This document shows, piece after piece, positions 1 through 9,295 of a stretch of DNA of 63,897 nt. The notes below the pieces were generated by a model that saw nothing but the letters and a program-made list of their open reading frames with translations, was not told the DNA's origin and did no database searches. The translations under genes were made by a program, and so were the position numbers. Within the stretch, counting starts at the first letter, position 1. Every line of letters begins with the position of its first letter. The DNA is taken from IMG/VR virus record IMGVR_UViG_3300046782_000223, positions 1-63,897 of that record; one strand, written 5' to 3'. This DNA comes from a virus. Lineage: Duplodnaviria > Caudoviricetes.

Positions 1-126
1 GAAGAAGGCGCTGGATGATCAGCTGACGGAACAGCAGATCACCAAGTCCGCCCCGCAGATCGGGGCCAAGGTGATCGGGCTGGGCGGCGTCGACAGCTAC
101 TACACGCCGCAGCGAAGCGCCGCGAT
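1..126. repeat. Terminal direct repeat, left copy (circular assembly overlap)
   Basis: 1-126 is identical to 63770-63895 and lies inside a CDS. Confidence 0.95.
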
Positions 127-1930
127 CGACGCGGGCGTGGCACAGGCCGAAGCCCCGCCGCCCGACACCAGCATCATGAGCAGGCTGGCCCCCGTCCTGC
201 GCTCGGGCATGGCCCGGCTCACAGGGGCGTCGACCGGGGTCGGCGTGCCTCCGGCCCCGTTGGGCGTGGACACGACGGCCCTGGCGACAGGTGCGCCTCC
301 GGCCGCCACGCCGACAGCGCCCGGTTCAACCGCCGTCACCCCGGCCACCGTTGCGCCCGCCGCGCCGGCGACAGCTGCCCCGGCCGCGCCCGGCCTGCTG
401 CCGGGACTGCCGGCCAGTGCGACGCCGGCTGAAGCTGCCGACGTGGCCAAGGGTGCGGCGGCGGCGCAGGCCCTGCAGGCGCAGGGCGGCCCGACGCGGG
501 CCGCCGACGAGATCGACCGTCAGCGGTATCTGGCCAAGGCGTTTCAGGACAAGGGCATGCCTCAACAGGCCGACGCCGCCTGGAAGAAGTACCTGTCGCT
601 GACCCTCGACCGGAACATGTCCTCGATGGATTGGGCGAAGCCCGAGGACATGAGCAACATGATCTCGCGCATGTCCGGCCACCCGGTGCTGATCACGCCG
701 AACAAGGACAACCCGGGCAACTTCGACGTGAAGGTCGATGGCCAGGGGGCCTACAGCAACATCCCTCGCCAGGAGCTCAAGGCCAGGGCTTCGGGTCTGG
801 CCGGCGCGTCGATGGAGAGCGTCAACGCCGCGGTCGCCGGCTCCAACAAGGAGCAGATGGACCGCATGGAGGCTGAGACGCGTGCGCTGAGGGCGCACTC
901 GGAGAACACCCTGGCCCTCGCGCAGGCGGGGGAGGCTGGCGCGAATACCGCGGCAAAGGTCCAGGAGACCGCGAAGCTCAAGGAGAACTACGACAACGAC
1001 AAGTTCGTCGCGACCACGCCCAATGCGGTGCTTTATCCCGACGAGTACAACACCCGGCTGAACCAGGGCGCGATGGTCAACGGGAAGTACATGAGCAGCG
1101 AGCAGACCGTCGATCCGCAGGAACTGGTGGCGCTGCACAAGCAGACCAGCATCTACGGGGACCTCGCCACCGCCGCGCGCAAGGAGTGGCAGGGCAGTCA
1201 ATGGAAGCTGAACAACATCATCCAGATCGGCAAGACCGGGAAGACGCGCCCCGACGGCCAGCCGGAGTACGGGTTTGGCGTCCGCGGCCCTGACGGTCAG
1301 ATCGTCGGCTACTCTCAGTCCCTGGCAAGTGCAGAGAATGCCGCCTACCACATCAAGGAATACGGCGGTGATCCCAGGAAGGCCGCCGCCGTCATCAACG
1401 CCTACTTCGCGCAGCACCCCGAGGCGAAGGCTGCGGCGAACACCGTAGGTCCGCCGTCAGCCACCCCGGCCCCGAGCGCCGCGCCCGCCGCTGCACGCGC
1501 GCCCGCGTCCGCCCCGGCCGCCGCGCCGGCCGCTGCGCCTGCCGCCGCTCCTGCCGCCGCTCCTGCGGCCGCCACGCCAGCGTCACCCCCGGCCGCCGCG
1601 AAGGCGGCTGCGGACAAGGCCGTCACAGCTGCACGCGCCGCATCGCCGGCGGCCTCTGCGGGTGTCGGCCTATACGAGAAGGACCCGGCGAAGCGCGCCG
1701 CCATGGCCCGGGCGGCCGAGCAGAGCCATCAGGCCGACGTCTTCACCGAGGCGCACGGCTACATCACCAATCCGCGGAACGCGCAGCAGTATGTCGACGA
1801 CGGCAAGGTTGTCGCCACCTACCGTCAGACCCATCCCGCTGGCCGCCCGCCGCCGGAGATCATCGACAGGATGCACCGGATGGCGCTGTACGATCAGTAT
1901 CGAGCGACTGCGAATTCCGGTGGGCGCTAA
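2..1930 (+). CDS. Putative internal virion/DNA ejection protein, C-terminal part (true start ATG 63654 across the junction, about 681 aa)
   Basis: In frame with ATG 63654 through the terminal overlap; Ala/Pro-rich; lies between the S74-domain protein and the giant virion protein. Confidence 0.6.
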   Translation, partial: KKALDDQLTEQQITKSAPQIGAKVIGLGGVDSYYTPQRSAAIDAGVAQAEAPPPDTSIMSRLAPVLRSGMARLTGASTGVGVPPAPLGVDTTALATGAPPAATPTAPGSTAVTPATVAPAAPATAAPAAPGLLPGLPASATPAEAADVAKGAAAAQALQAQGGPTRAADEIDRQRYLAKAFQDKGMPQQADAAWKKYLSLTLDRNMSSMDWAKPEDMSNMISRMSGHPVLITPNKDNPGNFDVKVDGQGAYSNIPRQELKARASGLAGASMESVNAAVAGSNKEQMDRMEAETRALRAHSENTLALAQAGEAGANTAAKVQETAKLKENYDNDKFVATTPNAVLYPDEYNTRLNQGAMVNGKYMSSEQTVDPQELVALHKQTSIYGDLATAARKEWQGSQWKLNNIIQIGKTGKTRPDGQPEYGFGVRGPDGQIVGYSQSLASAENAAYHIKEYGGDPRKAAAVINAYFAQHPEAKAAANTVGPPSATPAPSAAPAAARAPASAPAAAPAAAPAAAPAAAPAAATPASPPAAAKAAADKAVTAARAASPAASAGVGLYEKDPAKRAAMARAAEQSHQADVFTEAHGYITNPRNAQQYVDDGKVVATYRQTHPAGRPPPEIIDRMHRMALYDQYRATANSGGR

Positions 1931-4900
1931 ATGGCGACCAGCACCTTCAACCCGGCCGACTATGGTCTGACGCCGGTCAAGCCCGGCGAGTTCACACCGG
2001 TCGCCCGGGACTTCCCCGACAAGACGCCGCCGCCCGCGGCTGCGCCGGCTGACGCCGACCGCCATCCCCTCCTGGCCGGACTGAAACATGCTGGAACAGG
2101 GCTCACGGTCGGCCTGCCCTACGAGGCCCGCAAGCTCACTGGCCACCTGACGCCAGAGCAGGAGCAGGAAGCCCTCGCCAAGATCGCGGCGTCGAAGGCC
2201 GAGGAGGACAAGCTTCTCCCCGGTGGCCCGACCAGCCTGGGCGATATCCACGACCTCGGCGACGTCCTCAAGTTCGGCAAGGAGCAGCTGCTCTACGGTG
2301 CCCCACAGATCGCCCCGGCGGTGGTCGGCGGCATCGGCGGCAGCATCCTGGGGGCTGAGGGCGGACCGCTGACGGCGGCGGGCGGCGGTATCGCGGGTGC
2401 AGCCATGGGGCTGGGCCTGGGCCTGCCGGGGGCGACCGGGTCCGCGGTGACCGAAGACACCGAGGGCGGCACGAAGCCCCTGACCGACGTCGAGGCCGAG
2501 CGTGCGCCGGCTGTCGGCTTGGGCACGGCGACTATCAACGTCTTGCCGACCCGGTTCATTCCGGGCCTCAGCCGGGTGCCGACCCTGCTGGCCCCGCTGG
2601 CCAAGGGCATCATCGGCAAGACCGCCCTGCATACCGTCGAGGCTGGCGCGCAGGGCGCGCTGATGGGCGGCGCGCAGTCGGAGTTGACCCGCTACGGCCA
2701 GGACAAGGACCTGCTAAGCCCCGAGGCCGGGCAGGAGGCAGGCTCATCTGCGGCGTCGATGGGCGTGCTGGGCGCGATGGCCGGCGCGGTGACCGGGCCA
2801 TTCGCTAAGGGCAAGGCGAAGGCCAAGCCGGTCACCGAGAAGACCAAGGTCGATCCGATCGCACCGACCGGCCAGTCCGCCGACCTGCTGACCGGGGCGG
2901 CCGCGGACAATGCGCCGGCTGCGGACGACCGGGTCGGCGCGGCCAATCCGCCGGACGTCATCCACGGGCAGGCCCCGCCGAAGACCCTGGCCATCACCGA
3001 CCAGCGGCCCGGCGCGCGGCCGAGCGAGGTCTACGGCCCGGCCATCGCCAGCATCGAGAGCGCCGGCAGCGGCGACTACAAGGCGCTGGGTCCGGTGCTG
3101 AAGACCGGCAGCTACGCGGGCGACCGCGCCCACGGCCGCTACGGGATCATGGGCAACAACATCGCGGCGTGGTCCCGCGAGGCGCTGGGCCGCCCGGTGA
3201 CGCGTGAGGAGTTCGACAACAGTCCCGACATTCAGGACCGCATCTTCGACCACCAGTTCGCCAAGCTGATCCGGCAGTACGGCTCGCCTGAGGAGGCGGC
3301 CCGCCACTGGCTGGGCACCGGCAAGCACGACGCGCTGGGGACCACGCCTGACGCGTATGTTCAGAAGTTCCGCACCGCTCTTGGCGGCGCGACCGGCGAG
3401 CCGGGTGCGCCGGCTGCGGCCGCGCCGGGCGTCGACACCAGCACCTCGGCGGCCATCGCGCGCAACCCGATCCTGGCGCAGTTGATGGCCCACCTGACCG
3501 ACGCCGCCGAAGTGCCGGAGGGCGCGCAGCCGCCGCAGACCGTCGTGAAGCTGGCCGCTTCGATCGCCGCCGGCGGCGACCACGCGGCGGCGGCGCTGGG
3601 CGACGAGCGGCAGTCCATCGTCCGCGATCACGAGAGCCTGCAACGCAACGAGGGCGACCTGACGCGTGCCCAGCAAGAGGAGCAGCTGACCCGGCTGGCC
3701 CAGCGCGAGAAGATTTTGACAGCTGCGCAGGATGCAGCGGAGAAGCTGGCCAGGGACCGCGGACCGACCCTGGTCACCGAGCCGCAGCCCGGCATGGTTC
3801 ATGCCGACACCCTGCCCGGCGGCCCGCAGCCGCAGACCCCCGAAGGGGTTGCGCTGACCGATCGGCTGCGCCTGCAGGAAGCCCACGACGCCGCCAATGA
3901 GCGGTCGGCCAAGGCGATGATGGAGGCCGGCCACGTCGCCACCGGCCAGTCGGCGTTCGAGAAGGCGGCCCGCGGCAAAATCCTGGGTCGGATGATCGGC
4001 GACAAGACCGAGCTCAATCCCCGCGAGGCGTTTCAGCAGCACATCACCAAGGCGGGCTACCACCCGGAGATCAGCGACAGCGAGCATGCCCTGCTGCAGG
4101 ACGAGGAACTGCACCGGCAGCGGGAGGCGACGAACGCCGCACGCGAGCAGGCCAACGCTGAAGCCGAAGCTCTGGCCAAGCAGCAGCCGCAGGGCCAGGA
4201 CAATTTCGGCATCCAGAGCCGCGAGGAGGTCGCCGCCCGGCGAGCGCCCGCGCCGAAGGAAGAAGCGCCGGCCCCGGAGCCCGTGGCCGAAGCGCCCGCA
4301 CCGACGCCCGAGCAGGAGATCACCGAGAACATCAGGACGCGGGGCGAGACCCACATCCAGAACCGCGAGCTTGGCCCGGTGAAGGCCAAGTGGTTCCGCG
4401 AGGGGATGAAGCAGGCGTTCGGCGAGGAGCACACCCCGCCGACCACGGTCAAGACGACCCAGGAGAATTTCAAGGCGGGCCAGGACTTCGTCGCCGAGGA
4501 GCGGGCGCATCAGGCGCGCGAGCACGCCACCGCCGCCGAGCAGGAACGTGCGGCGCGCGAGGCCAGCACCCCGCCCGAACGCCCGGCCCCGCTGCCGAAG
4601 CGCACCCAGGCCCTGCGCAAGGAACGCGTGCGCGAGACAGCGCCGACCGGCGCTGGCCAGCCGCGGCTGGAAGCTCTGCGCAAGGAGGCCGCCCGCGCCC
4701 GGCTAGGCGAAGCGCCGGAGGCGGCCAAGGAGGCGGCGGCCAAGTCGAAGGAGAAGGCCGAGGTCAAGGCCGAACCGAAGAAGGCTCCGCCCCCCGCCGC
4801 CGAGAAGGCCAAGGAGGCGTCGAAGGCCAAGGAGCCGGCGCTCGCCGAGAAGGCCAAGGCTGCGCCCAAGGTCGAGAAGCCGGCGGCCGAGAAGGCCAAG

Positions 4901-7900
4901 GCCGCATCGAAGGAGAAGGCCGCCCCGAAGCCCAAGCCCACCACCGAGGTCGAGACGAAGGCCAAGGCCATCGTCGAGGAGCGGGCCGAGACCGCGACCA
5001 AGGAGCAGGCGGCCGCCGAGGCCGACGCCAAGACGCGTGCCGACTTCACCGACAGCCTGGACGATAAGGTCGGCAAGGACCTGAGCGCCTTCCAGAAGCA
5101 GCGTCTGGACCAGCTGGCCAACACCAAGATCGGCGACCAGCATATCGTTGACGCCGACGTCCTGTCGAAGGCGCTCAAGGTTGAGGAGGAGCGATACGCG
5201 AAGGGCGGCCACGATGCGCAGATCGGCCAGGGCGAGACCTTCAAGGACTTCGTGACCCGAGTGCAACAGGCCCTTCGCGAGGGCGAGAAGTCAGGGCTCA
5301 AGGCACAGGAGATTACCCGTCGTGACGTGATGAAAGGCACCGGGGGCGTGGCCGGTGTGCTGGGTGCATTGAAGGCCATACCAGCTGAGGCGCGCACGAA
5401 GGTCGACGACAACGGCCGGGTGAAGGCGGCGATCAAGAAGGGCAGCTTGCACGAGACCGTGCAGGCTATCGCCGACACCACGAAGAACCCGGCCTACCGC
5501 ACCCTGGCCCGGTCGATGCTGCTGGGCGGCTTCGCCAAGGATGCACGGATTGAGGCGTGGGACCTGGGCGAGGGCAAGCTGAATGTGACAGGCATCACCG
5601 ACCCGTCGAGTGGGAACGTGAAGGTGTTCCACACCAGCGAGGGTGCGACCGGGCTATCCGAGGAAACCATCCTGCACGAGGCCCTGCACTCGTGGCTGGC
5701 CGCTCGTTACAAGGACCTTGAGACCTTCCCTGCCAACCGGGATTTGCTGGGCCTGAAAGGCACCCAGAAAGCGGAGCCGTTCATCAAGGACTTCCTCGCG
5801 CTGCACAAGCAGTTCAAGGCCATGATGGGCAAGAAATTCCCGGAGATGATCGACAGTGACGGCAAGGATGTTCAGTGGTGGGCGCACTTCTCCGCGGCTG
5901 ATCCTGACGAGTTTTTCGTCCGCAGCCTGACTGAACCCGACCTGCAGAAATTCCTGCGTGAGCACAGCATGACCGGCGAGAAGATCGCCCCGAACGCTCC
6001 GACCTCGATGTGGGCGCGGTTCGTCCAGATGGTCCGCAACCTGTTCGGCATCAAGCCGCCGGCGTCGGCGCTCGATGACGTCATGCGCGCGGGGTGGGGC
6101 GTGTTGAAGTCCGGCACCCTCGACGAGATGCGTCCGCTCAACAAGCGGGGCGTGGCTGAATGGGAGAGCGCGGGTCGTTCCGAGGGCGGTCGGAAGATGT
6201 TCGCGACCGGGGCCGATGAAGCTGCATCGGTGCAGGAGACCACCGACCAGCTGAAGAAGTCCGCCGTTGGGCCAGGTCCGAAGATCAAGGCTGAGGCCGA
6301 GCCCAAGACCAAGGAGGAGGTCGAGAAGGCCGTCACCGGCGACCCGCCGCCTCTCCCCAAGAACGGCCAGTTCAGCCTGGACCCCGCGGCCAAGGACGTC
6401 CCGCCGCGGATGAAGACCGAGGACGCCGTCGAGCGCCGCACGGCTGTCGACACCGCCCGCGCAGCGATCAATCAGTCCGGGGCCGACCTGTTGAAGAAGG
6501 GCGGCCTGTTCCTCAGCGAGACTGAGGACATCGTCAACATGGGCAAGAAGTACATGCCCTCGTTGGTCGACCTGAACGAGGCGCACTCGCGCTCGCTGGC
6601 GCTGGGCCGCACCATGAAGCTTCGGCTGGCCACTCTTGATGATCGCATCCGCGCGTTGCCGGCCGAATTCCAGGGCACCAAGCCCGGCTCGCTCGGGGAC
6701 TTCCTCTACGACAGCACGACCCAGAAGAAGTGGGGCTTCGACCCGACCTGGGTGAAGGCCAACGAGATCGACCCGGCGATGGTCAAGCGGTTCGACGCCA
6801 TCGAGGCGAAGTCGCCCGAGGCCGCGCAGATCATCAAGGACATCTTCGAGTTCAACCACGACGCCCGCACCGCGATGGGCGACGCGACCCTGGGGGCGAT
6901 CGACGCCGAGTATGACCCGGCCATCGCTGAGGCCACGACCGACGCCGAGCGCACCGCCTTGGAGGCGCAGAAGGCCGATGCGATCAAGCACCACTCGCGG
7001 GTCTTCGACACCCAGGAGGGCCTGCCCTACACGCCCACCAAGCGACAGGGCGCGTGGGCCGTCGTCGGCCAGAGCAAGGAGATGATGGCCGCGAAGAAGG
7101 CTGGCGACACCAAGGCCATCGCCGAGATGCGCAAGAACGATGATCACTACTACGTGGACATGCGCGACACCGCCGCCGGCGCGGAGGTCCTGGCCGGTCA
7201 CCTGCGGGAGAAGTTCGGCAAGGAGGGGACGTCTCTGTTCGAGCGGGGTCAGGGCGGCAACCAGGGCATCAGCCCCAAGGAGATGCTGCTGGCGTTCAAG
7301 CGGTTCCAGGGCTCGATGGACACCACCGGCATGGGGATGAAGGCGTCGGCCCGCATCTCCCAGATGGCCCGCGATTTCTACCTGCACTCGCTGTCCGAGG
7401 ACAACGCGCGCAAGGGCGAACTGCGGCGCGAGAACGTCCCGGCCAGGGACCCGGTGACCGGCGAAGTGCTGGACATGGTCCAGTCGTTCCTGTCGCGCGG
7501 GCAGGCCACCGCCGACTACATCGCCTCGATCTCCAACAACGGCGCGATCCAGAAGGCGCTGAACGGCATGAACGAGGAGGTCTCGTCGATCACCGGGCCG
7601 GAGCGCACGCCCGCGCAGCGCATCCACAATGAGGTCATGTGGCGCTACGAGGCCAACCTCGGGGCGAAGTCCAACCGGACGGTCGACAACATCCTCAAGG
7701 CCACGTCGATCAACATGCTGCTGACGCAGCCGTTCTACTACATCCAGAACGCCACCCAGGTCGCGGCGATCAGCCACCCGGCGATGGCCAAGCAGTTCGG
7801 CTGGGCGCGGTCCGCCGGCCATCTGGCCAAGGCGTACGGCGACTGGTTCGGCATGACCAAGAACATCGGCCTGCTGGACCGCCTGCACTACGACGACGCG

Positions 7901-9295
7901 CCGGCCGACGTGCGCGACGTGCTGCACCAGCTGGCCGACCGCGGCCGCCTCGATGCCGGGATCACCATCGAGAACCGTCCCTGGTACATGAACGGCGACG
8001 GCTTGCTGCCGAAGACGTGGAACAGGTTCGACCAGTTCCTGCGCATGGCCCCGCAGCGCATCGAGGTGATGAACCGCGTGGTCACCGGCATCGCCACCTA
8101 CCGCGCCGCCCTAGAGAAGGGCCTGTCCGAGGGCGAGGCGTTCAATGCCGCCTCCGAGCTCATCCGCACCACGCATGGCGACTACTCGGGCTGGAATTCG
8201 CCGCGGGTGTTCACGCAGTTCGGGCAGGCCGGGCGGCTGGCTGGCCAGTTCCGCAAGTTCCAAGTGATCATGGCGGCCAACGTCGTGCGCGACTTCAACA
8301 CCATCATGAAGGGCGCGACCTTGGAGGAGAAGGCGGTGGGGATGAAGGGCCTCGCCTTCCTCAGCGCCCACATGGCCGCGGTCGGCGGCATCGTCGGCCT
8401 GCCGGGCACCGCCCTGTTCGGACCGCTCGTCGCTCAGCTGATGAACATCACCAACCCGGGCCAGCACAAGGAGTGGAGCGACTGGCAGAACACCCTGCGC
8501 GAGGGCCTGGGAGCCGGGAAGGGCGGCGACAAGGCCAACCTGCTGGCCGACCTGCTCTACAAGGGTGCGCCCTACGCGCTGATGAAGTTCGACACCTCCG
8601 ACCGCCTGGGCATGGGCAACATGCTGGCGCTCGCGCCCTACAGCGGCCTCGACGAGGCGGGCTTCGACAAGGACAAGTGGTACTCCGTGGTCGGCCAGAT
8701 GATGCTGGGGCCGGCCGGCAAGATGGTGGCCAAGGGACTGAGCGGCCTCGACTACGGCGTCAACCACGACGACTGGACGCGGATGGCCGAGAGCGTCGCG
8801 CCCGGGGTCCTTGGCTCGTCGGCCAAGGCGTACCGCCTGAAGACCCACGGGCTGGTCAACAAGGCCGGGGTGCAGCTGCTCAAGCCGGAGGATATCAGCT
8901 ACTACGACGCCGCCCTGACGGCGATCGGGGTGAACCCGTCGCACCTGACCGACCAAGCCGAGAAGACGTCCGACCTCTACAACGTCGGCCAGTTCTACGA
9001 CGCCAAGACGGCCAAGCTTAAGATCGACTTCATCAAGGCGCGCGAGGCCAACGACGCCGCCAGGACCCAGGATATCCGCGCCAAGTGGCGGGACATGCAG
9101 ATGGCCCAGCGTGGCCAGGGGTTGAAGCCCTCGCCGATGAGCACCCTCTACAAGGCCCCGCGCGAACTGGCGAAGAAGCAGCACGAGGTCATGGGCGGCG
9201 TGGCCTACGACAAGAGCGATCGGCGCTTCGTCATGCAGATGATGCTCGACCGGGCGGACATGGAGGAGCAGGCGCGCAAGGCCGCCGAGAGCTAG
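1931..9295 (+). CDS. Giant multidomain internal virion/ejection protein (2454 aa) with lysozyme/transglycosylase-like and HExxH metallopeptidase-like domains
   Basis: AIASIES..GDY..GRYGIM motif near 3040-3320; ILHEALH at 5669-5689; last gene of the structural arm. Confidence 0.75.
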   Translation: MATSTFNPADYGLTPVKPGEFTPVARDFPDKTPPPAAAPADADRHPLLAGLKHAGTGLTVGLPYEARKLTGHLTPEQEQEALAKIAASKAEEDKLLPGGPTSLGDIHDLGDVLKFGKEQLLYGAPQIAPAVVGGIGGSILGAEGGPLTAAGGGIAGAAMGLGLGLPGATGSAVTEDTEGGTKPLTDVEAERAPAVGLGTATINVLPTRFIPGLSRVPTLLAPLAKGIIGKTALHTVEAGAQGALMGGAQSELTRYGQDKDLLSPEAGQEAGSSAASMGVLGAMAGAVTGPFAKGKAKAKPVTEKTKVDPIAPTGQSADLLTGAAADNAPAADDRVGAANPPDVIHGQAPPKTLAITDQRPGARPSEVYGPAIASIESAGSGDYKALGPVLKTGSYAGDRAHGRYGIMGNNIAAWSREALGRPVTREEFDNSPDIQDRIFDHQFAKLIRQYGSPEEAARHWLGTGKHDALGTTPDAYVQKFRTALGGATGEPGAPAAAAPGVDTSTSAAIARNPILAQLMAHLTDAAEVPEGAQPPQTVVKLAASIAAGGDHAAAALGDERQSIVRDHESLQRNEGDLTRAQQEEQLTRLAQREKILTAAQDAAEKLARDRGPTLVTEPQPGMVHADTLPGGPQPQTPEGVALTDRLRLQEAHDAANERSAKAMMEAGHVATGQSAFEKAARGKILGRMIGDKTELNPREAFQQHITKAGYHPEISDSEHALLQDEELHRQREATNAAREQANAEAEALAKQQPQGQDNFGIQSREEVAARRAPAPKEEAPAPEPVAEAPAPTPEQEITENIRTRGETHIQNRELGPVKAKWFREGMKQAFGEEHTPPTTVKTTQENFKAGQDFVAEERAHQAREHATAAEQERAAREASTPPERPAPLPKRTQALRKERVRETAPTGAGQPRLEALRKEAARARLGEAPEAAKEAAAKSKEKAEVKAEPKKAPPPAAEKAKEASKAKEPALAEKAKAAPKVEKPAAEKAKAASKEKAAPKPKPTTEVETKAKAIVEERAETATKEQAAAEADAKTRADFTDSLDDKVGKDLSAFQKQRLDQLANTKIGDQHIVDADVLSKALKVEEERYAKGGHDAQIGQGETFKDFVTRVQQALREGEKSGLKAQEITRRDVMKGTGGVAGVLGALKAIPAEARTKVDDNGRVKAAIKKGSLHETVQAIADTTKNPAYRTLARSMLLGGFAKDARIEAWDLGEGKLNVTGITDPSSGNVKVFHTSEGATGLSEETILHEALHSWLAARYKDLETFPANRDLLGLKGTQKAEPFIKDFLALHKQFKAMMGKKFPEMIDSDGKDVQWWAHFSAADPDEFFVRSLTEPDLQKFLREHSMTGEKIAPNAPTSMWARFVQMVRNLFGIKPPASALDDVMRAGWGVLKSGTLDEMRPLNKRGVAEWESAGRSEGGRKMFATGADEAASVQETTDQLKKSAVGPGPKIKAEAEPKTKEEVEKAVTGDPPPLPKNGQFSLDPAAKDVPPRMKTEDAVERRTAVDTARAAINQSGADLLKKGGLFLSETEDIVNMGKKYMPSLVDLNEAHSRSLALGRTMKLRLATLDDRIRALPAEFQGTKPGSLGDFLYDSTTQKKWGFDPTWVKANEIDPAMVKRFDAIEAKSPEAAQIIKDIFEFNHDARTAMGDATLGAIDAEYDPAIAEATTDAERTALEAQKADAIKHHSRVFDTQEGLPYTPTKRQGAWAVVGQSKEMMAAKKAGDTKAIAEMRKNDDHYYVDMRDTAAGAEVLAGHLREKFGKEGTSLFERGQGGNQGISPKEMLLAFKRFQGSMDTTGMGMKASARISQMARDFYLHSLSEDNARKGELRRENVPARDPVTGEVLDMVQSFLSRGQATADYIASISNNGAIQKALNGMNEEVSSITGPERTPAQRIHNEVMWRYEANLGAKSNRTVDNILKATSINMLLTQPFYYIQNATQVAAISHPAMAKQFGWARSAGHLAKAYGDWFGMTKNIGLLDRLHYDDAPADVRDVLHQLADRGRLDAGITIENRPWYMNGDGLLPKTWNRFDQFLRMAPQRIEVMNRVVTGIATYRAALEKGLSEGEAFNAASELIRTTHGDYSGWNSPRVFTQFGQAGRLAGQFRKFQVIMAANVVRDFNTIMKGATLEEKAVGMKGLAFLSAHMAAVGGIVGLPGTALFGPLVAQLMNITNPGQHKEWSDWQNTLREGLGAGKGGDKANLLADLLYKGAPYALMKFDTSDRLGMGNMLALAPYSGLDEAGFDKDKWYSVVGQMMLGPAGKMVAKGLSGLDYGVNHDDWTRMAESVAPGVLGSSAKAYRLKTHGLVNKAGVQLLKPEDISYYDAALTAIGVNPSHLTDQAEKTSDLYNVGQFYDAKTAKLKIDFIKAREANDAARTQDIRAKWRDMQMAQRGQGLKPSPMSTLYKAPRELAKKQHEVMGGVAYDKSDRRFVMQMMLDRADMEEQARKAAES

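Noticed and set aside
1-126. Biological direct terminal repeat
   Set aside because: It falls mid-gene and its length fits an assembler k-mer overlap; real ends are more plausible near 42.3 kb or permuted
1460-1600. Tandem GC-rich repeat
   Set aside because: It only encodes an (A)PAA low-complexity linker, with degenerate codons
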